Made by a program: the position numbers and the translations under genes. Positions 60,461 to 64,000 of a DNA stretch of 64,000 bases are shown here, piece by piece. This DNA comes from Antedon mediterranea (lineage: Eukaryota; Animalia; Echinodermata), in contig NC_092678.1 of assembly GCF_964355755.1 (NCBI RefSeq), positions 16,969,881 to 17,033,880 on the forward strand, read 5' to 3'. How positions within the stretch are numbered: the stretch's first letter is position 1; each line of letters begins with the position of its first letter. A model generated the notes under the pieces. That model was not told the origin of the DNA. It saw only the letters and a program-made list of their open reading frames with translations, and did not search any database.

Positions 60461-63400
60461 TAGTTCCATATATACAGTACTCTTTTATAGATAGATGTAT
60501 CTCTCCAAGCTACTCCCAACTACCTAATCTAATAATAGTACTATTAGCATACTACTATACACTTTGTAGACAAGAAATAAGTTGTATACACCTACAGGAC
60601 TTATGGTAGTACAGTCGATCACACTCTCACTGGCCCGGTCAACATAATCTATACCTAGATTATTACAGTAATTAAAGTACATTGTTACAGAGTTTTGTTT
60701 TTTTTTTGCAGAAATCAAAGTTATGTGTATAGAAAGCAGTACTCGTATTAAAAACTAAGCAGGTTGCAGGTCTTGAATGCAAACTGGCAGGATATTTTGA
60801 ATATTTTTTGGTGTTGAAATGATGGAATCCTAACTTCAATTTCCACGAACTGGAGACGAAGACATATTATGACCCTTTTATTTAAATTTATTTGAATAGA
60901 CCTCCATGTAAAGTCATTAAAGGCTACATGATTGTTTTATATTTTAATATGTGATAGTAGGAAATCATTGTGTATAATGAGGACTATGAATCTGATATTT
61001 ACTTGCATTCTTATCTTTTTAAAATATTATTTATAATGCCGGTAATGAGTTTAAAATTTAATTATATTGACTATTTTTGATAATCATCATGTCCTTATAA
61101 ATTCATTTATACTTTTTTTGTGTAATATAGTTCATATATTATGTATTAAATAAATTGGTAAGGCCCTATACTGTTATTATTTAAGGAAAGTTTATATACA
61201 CGATTATTTTATGTCTACCAATATTAGTATTAATTGTTTATGTAAATATTTTGTCTAATTGCCTTGATTTTTGTATAGGCCAATGGCATCAATGTTTTTC
61301 TCAAAGCAAATTAGCCTAATAATGCCACATTTAGACACATGATTCATTGATTTCTGATATTCTGTACTTGTGTATGCATTAATAAAATAGTAGTTAATAT
61401 ATTTCATTTATAATGTATGTATAAACATATATTCATATTTTTTTAACATTTTTAAATTTAAAAATTATTACAATACCTATCTACCTTTCTGATATTGTTA
61501 CTATTATATAATATTCTTTGAGGCAGCAATAAAAAAAAAATTAGAACAATTAATTTGACTTATACTGTAGGCCTACTATGTTAGTTCAGGAGATGAAGTG
61601 TGTGTGGGTAGAAACTAGTGTGTTGGAGGTTGGTGGTGTGAGGTGTATAGTTGTCACTTTAAGACCTAAATTAGATGTTTTCTGAAGAAAAGAAGTAAGC
61701 ACATACGCTTTCAAACAACTCCAAGAAGATTCACACAAAAATAATTACTTTCCAATAAAGTAGTATAACAGTGTATATTACAGTACATTGAATAAACTCG
61801 AGCGGAATAATAACGCACATAAAAAAACATTCATTTTCTTTTCGAAAAGTGCCCTCTCTAGTTTTCTATTAATTTATTAATAATTATTATTAATTAATGA
61901 GTAATATGAACATATTTTTAACATTCAATGCTGGAAGCTGGATCTACTCCTAACAAAGTTTCATATCTCCAAATTTCATTAACGTATTCAAAGCACTTCA
62001 ATATTAAATATCACATTTAACATAAAAATTCGGGTTTTGGATAGAATTTTGCTTAAAAACATATACAAAAAACATCGATAAAAAATACTTTTCGTATTCA
62101 AAAACATTTGATACTTGGTATACATGTTCACTATTGGTTGCTCTATTCACAGAAGAAAATTGCATTCATGAACGTTTTTTGTTGGTTGTTTTTTCAAAAT
62201 AGTTATTAGCTTGAAAAAAATGAGTTGGAATTGTATGGTCTTTCATAAGTGTACATTTTGTAAAAACGTAAATTTAAAAAATCAGTGATATGGCTTGATA
62301 GTTATTTTTTGTTTGCAATATGGATGGAGCAACCTATATTGAACATTTATACCAAGTATCAAATGTTTTTGAATACGAAAAGTATTTTTTATCGATGTTT
62401 TTTGTATATGTTTTTAAGCAAAATTATATCCAAAACCTGAATTTGTAATGTTAAATGTAATTTATTTAAGTGCTTTGAATACGTTGATGAAATTTGGAGA
62501 TATGAAACTTTGTTAGGAGTAGATACAGTTTCCAGCATTAAATGTTAAAAATATGTTTATATTACTCATTAATTGATAATAATTATTAATATATTAATAG
62601 AAAACTAGAGAGGGCACTTTTCGACATGAAAATGAATGTTTTTTATGTGCGTTATTATTCCGCTCGAGTTTATTCAATGTACTGTAATATACACTGTTAT
62701 ACTATTTTATTGGAAAGTAATTATTTTTGTGTGAATCTTCTTGGAGTTGTTTGAAAGCGTATCCGCTTACTTCTTTTCTTCAGAAAACATCTAATTTAGG
62801 TCTTAAAGTGACAACTATACACCTCACACCACCAACCTCCAACACACTAGTTTCTGCCCACACACACTTCATCTCCTGAACTAACATAGTACAGTATAAG
62901 TCAAATAAATTTTTAAATTTTTTTTTATTGCTGCCTCAAAAAATATTATATAATAGTAACAATATCAGAAAGGTAGATAGGTATTGTAATAATTTTTAAA
63001 TTTAAAAATGTTTAAAAAAATATGAATATATGTTTATACATACATTATAAATGAAATATATTAACTACTATTTTAGTAATGCATACACAAGTACAGAATA
63101 TCAGAAATCAATGAATCATGTGTCTAAATGTGGCATTATTAGGCTAATTTGCTTTGAGAAAAACATGGATGCCATTGGCCTATACAGAAATCAAGGCAAT
63201 TAGACAAAATATTTACATAAACAATTACGGTAATACTAATATTGGTAGGCATAAAATAATAGTGTATATAAACTTTCCTTAAATAATAACAGTATAGGGC
63301 CTTACCAATTTATTTAATACATAATATATGAACTATATTACACAAAAAAAGTATAAATGAATTTATAAGGACATGATGATTATCAAAAATAGTCAATATA

Positions 63401-64000
63401 ATTAAATTTTAAACTCATTACCGGCATTATAAATAATATTTTAAAAAGATAAGAATGCAAGTAAATATCAGATTCATAGTCCTCATTATACACAATGATT
63501 TTCTACTATCACAAAAATAAAATATAATACAATCATGTAGCCTTTAATGAGTTTACATGGAGGTCTATTCAAATAAATTTAAATAAAAGGGTCATAATAT
63601 GTCTTCGTCTCCAGTTCGTGGAAATTGAAGTTAGGATTCCATCATTTCAACAACAACAAATATTCAAAATATCCTGTCAGTTTGCGTTCAAGACCTGCAA
63701 CCTGCTTAGTTTTTAATACGAGTACTGCTTTCTATACACATAACTTTGATTTCTGCAAAAAAAAAAAAAATCTGTAATAATGTACTTTAATTACTGTAAT
63801 AATCTAGGTATAGATTATGTTGACCGGGCCAGTGAGAGTGTGATCGACTGTACTACCATAAGTCCTCTAGTGTATACAACTTATTTCTTGTCTAGAAAGT
63901 GTATAGTAGTATGCTAATAGTACTATTATTAGATTAGGTAGTTGGGAGTAGCTTGGAGAGATACATCTATCTATAAAAGAGTACTGTATATATGGAACTA
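60461..64000. repeat. Giant palindrome with arms of at least 1.68 kb and a spacer of about 175 bp, running off the window
   Basis: 60461-62146 is the reverse complement of about 62323-64000, with scattered substitutions and indels. Confidence 0.95.

Overview
AT-rich, intron- and transposon-rich eukaryotic DNA. It looks like a marine invertebrate, probably a deuterostome such as an echinoderm; that assignment is inference. Most of the ORF track is noise. The main feature is invisible to the ORF track: one minus-strand multi-exon leucine-rich-repeat (LRR) receptor-like gene spanning at least 3495-54146. It has an LRRNT cap exon, 13 single-LRR cassette exons (72 or 75 bp, all phase 2-2; 10 intact and 3 with destroyed splice sites) and a GRL101/LGR-type Cys hinge exon. 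The cassettes were amplified by recent kb-scale tandem duplications. Their differences concentrate in the solvent-exposed xLxxN beta-strand codons, a VLR-like diversification pattern. The 24.5-kb intron (5564-30121) holds nested mobile DNA: a Tx1/L1 LINE split by a hAT MITE, an intron-containing frameshifted DUF7869/Sola-like transposase gene carrying a 1.1-kb foldback insertion, a Merlin remnant, Penelope-type hammerhead motifs and an RTE-X-like fragment. Other introns carry Helitron-like elements, a tRNA-derived SINE and Rex-Babar fragments. The window ends inside a palindrome of more than 3.5 kb. All coordinates and translations were read by eye, and no database searches were run.
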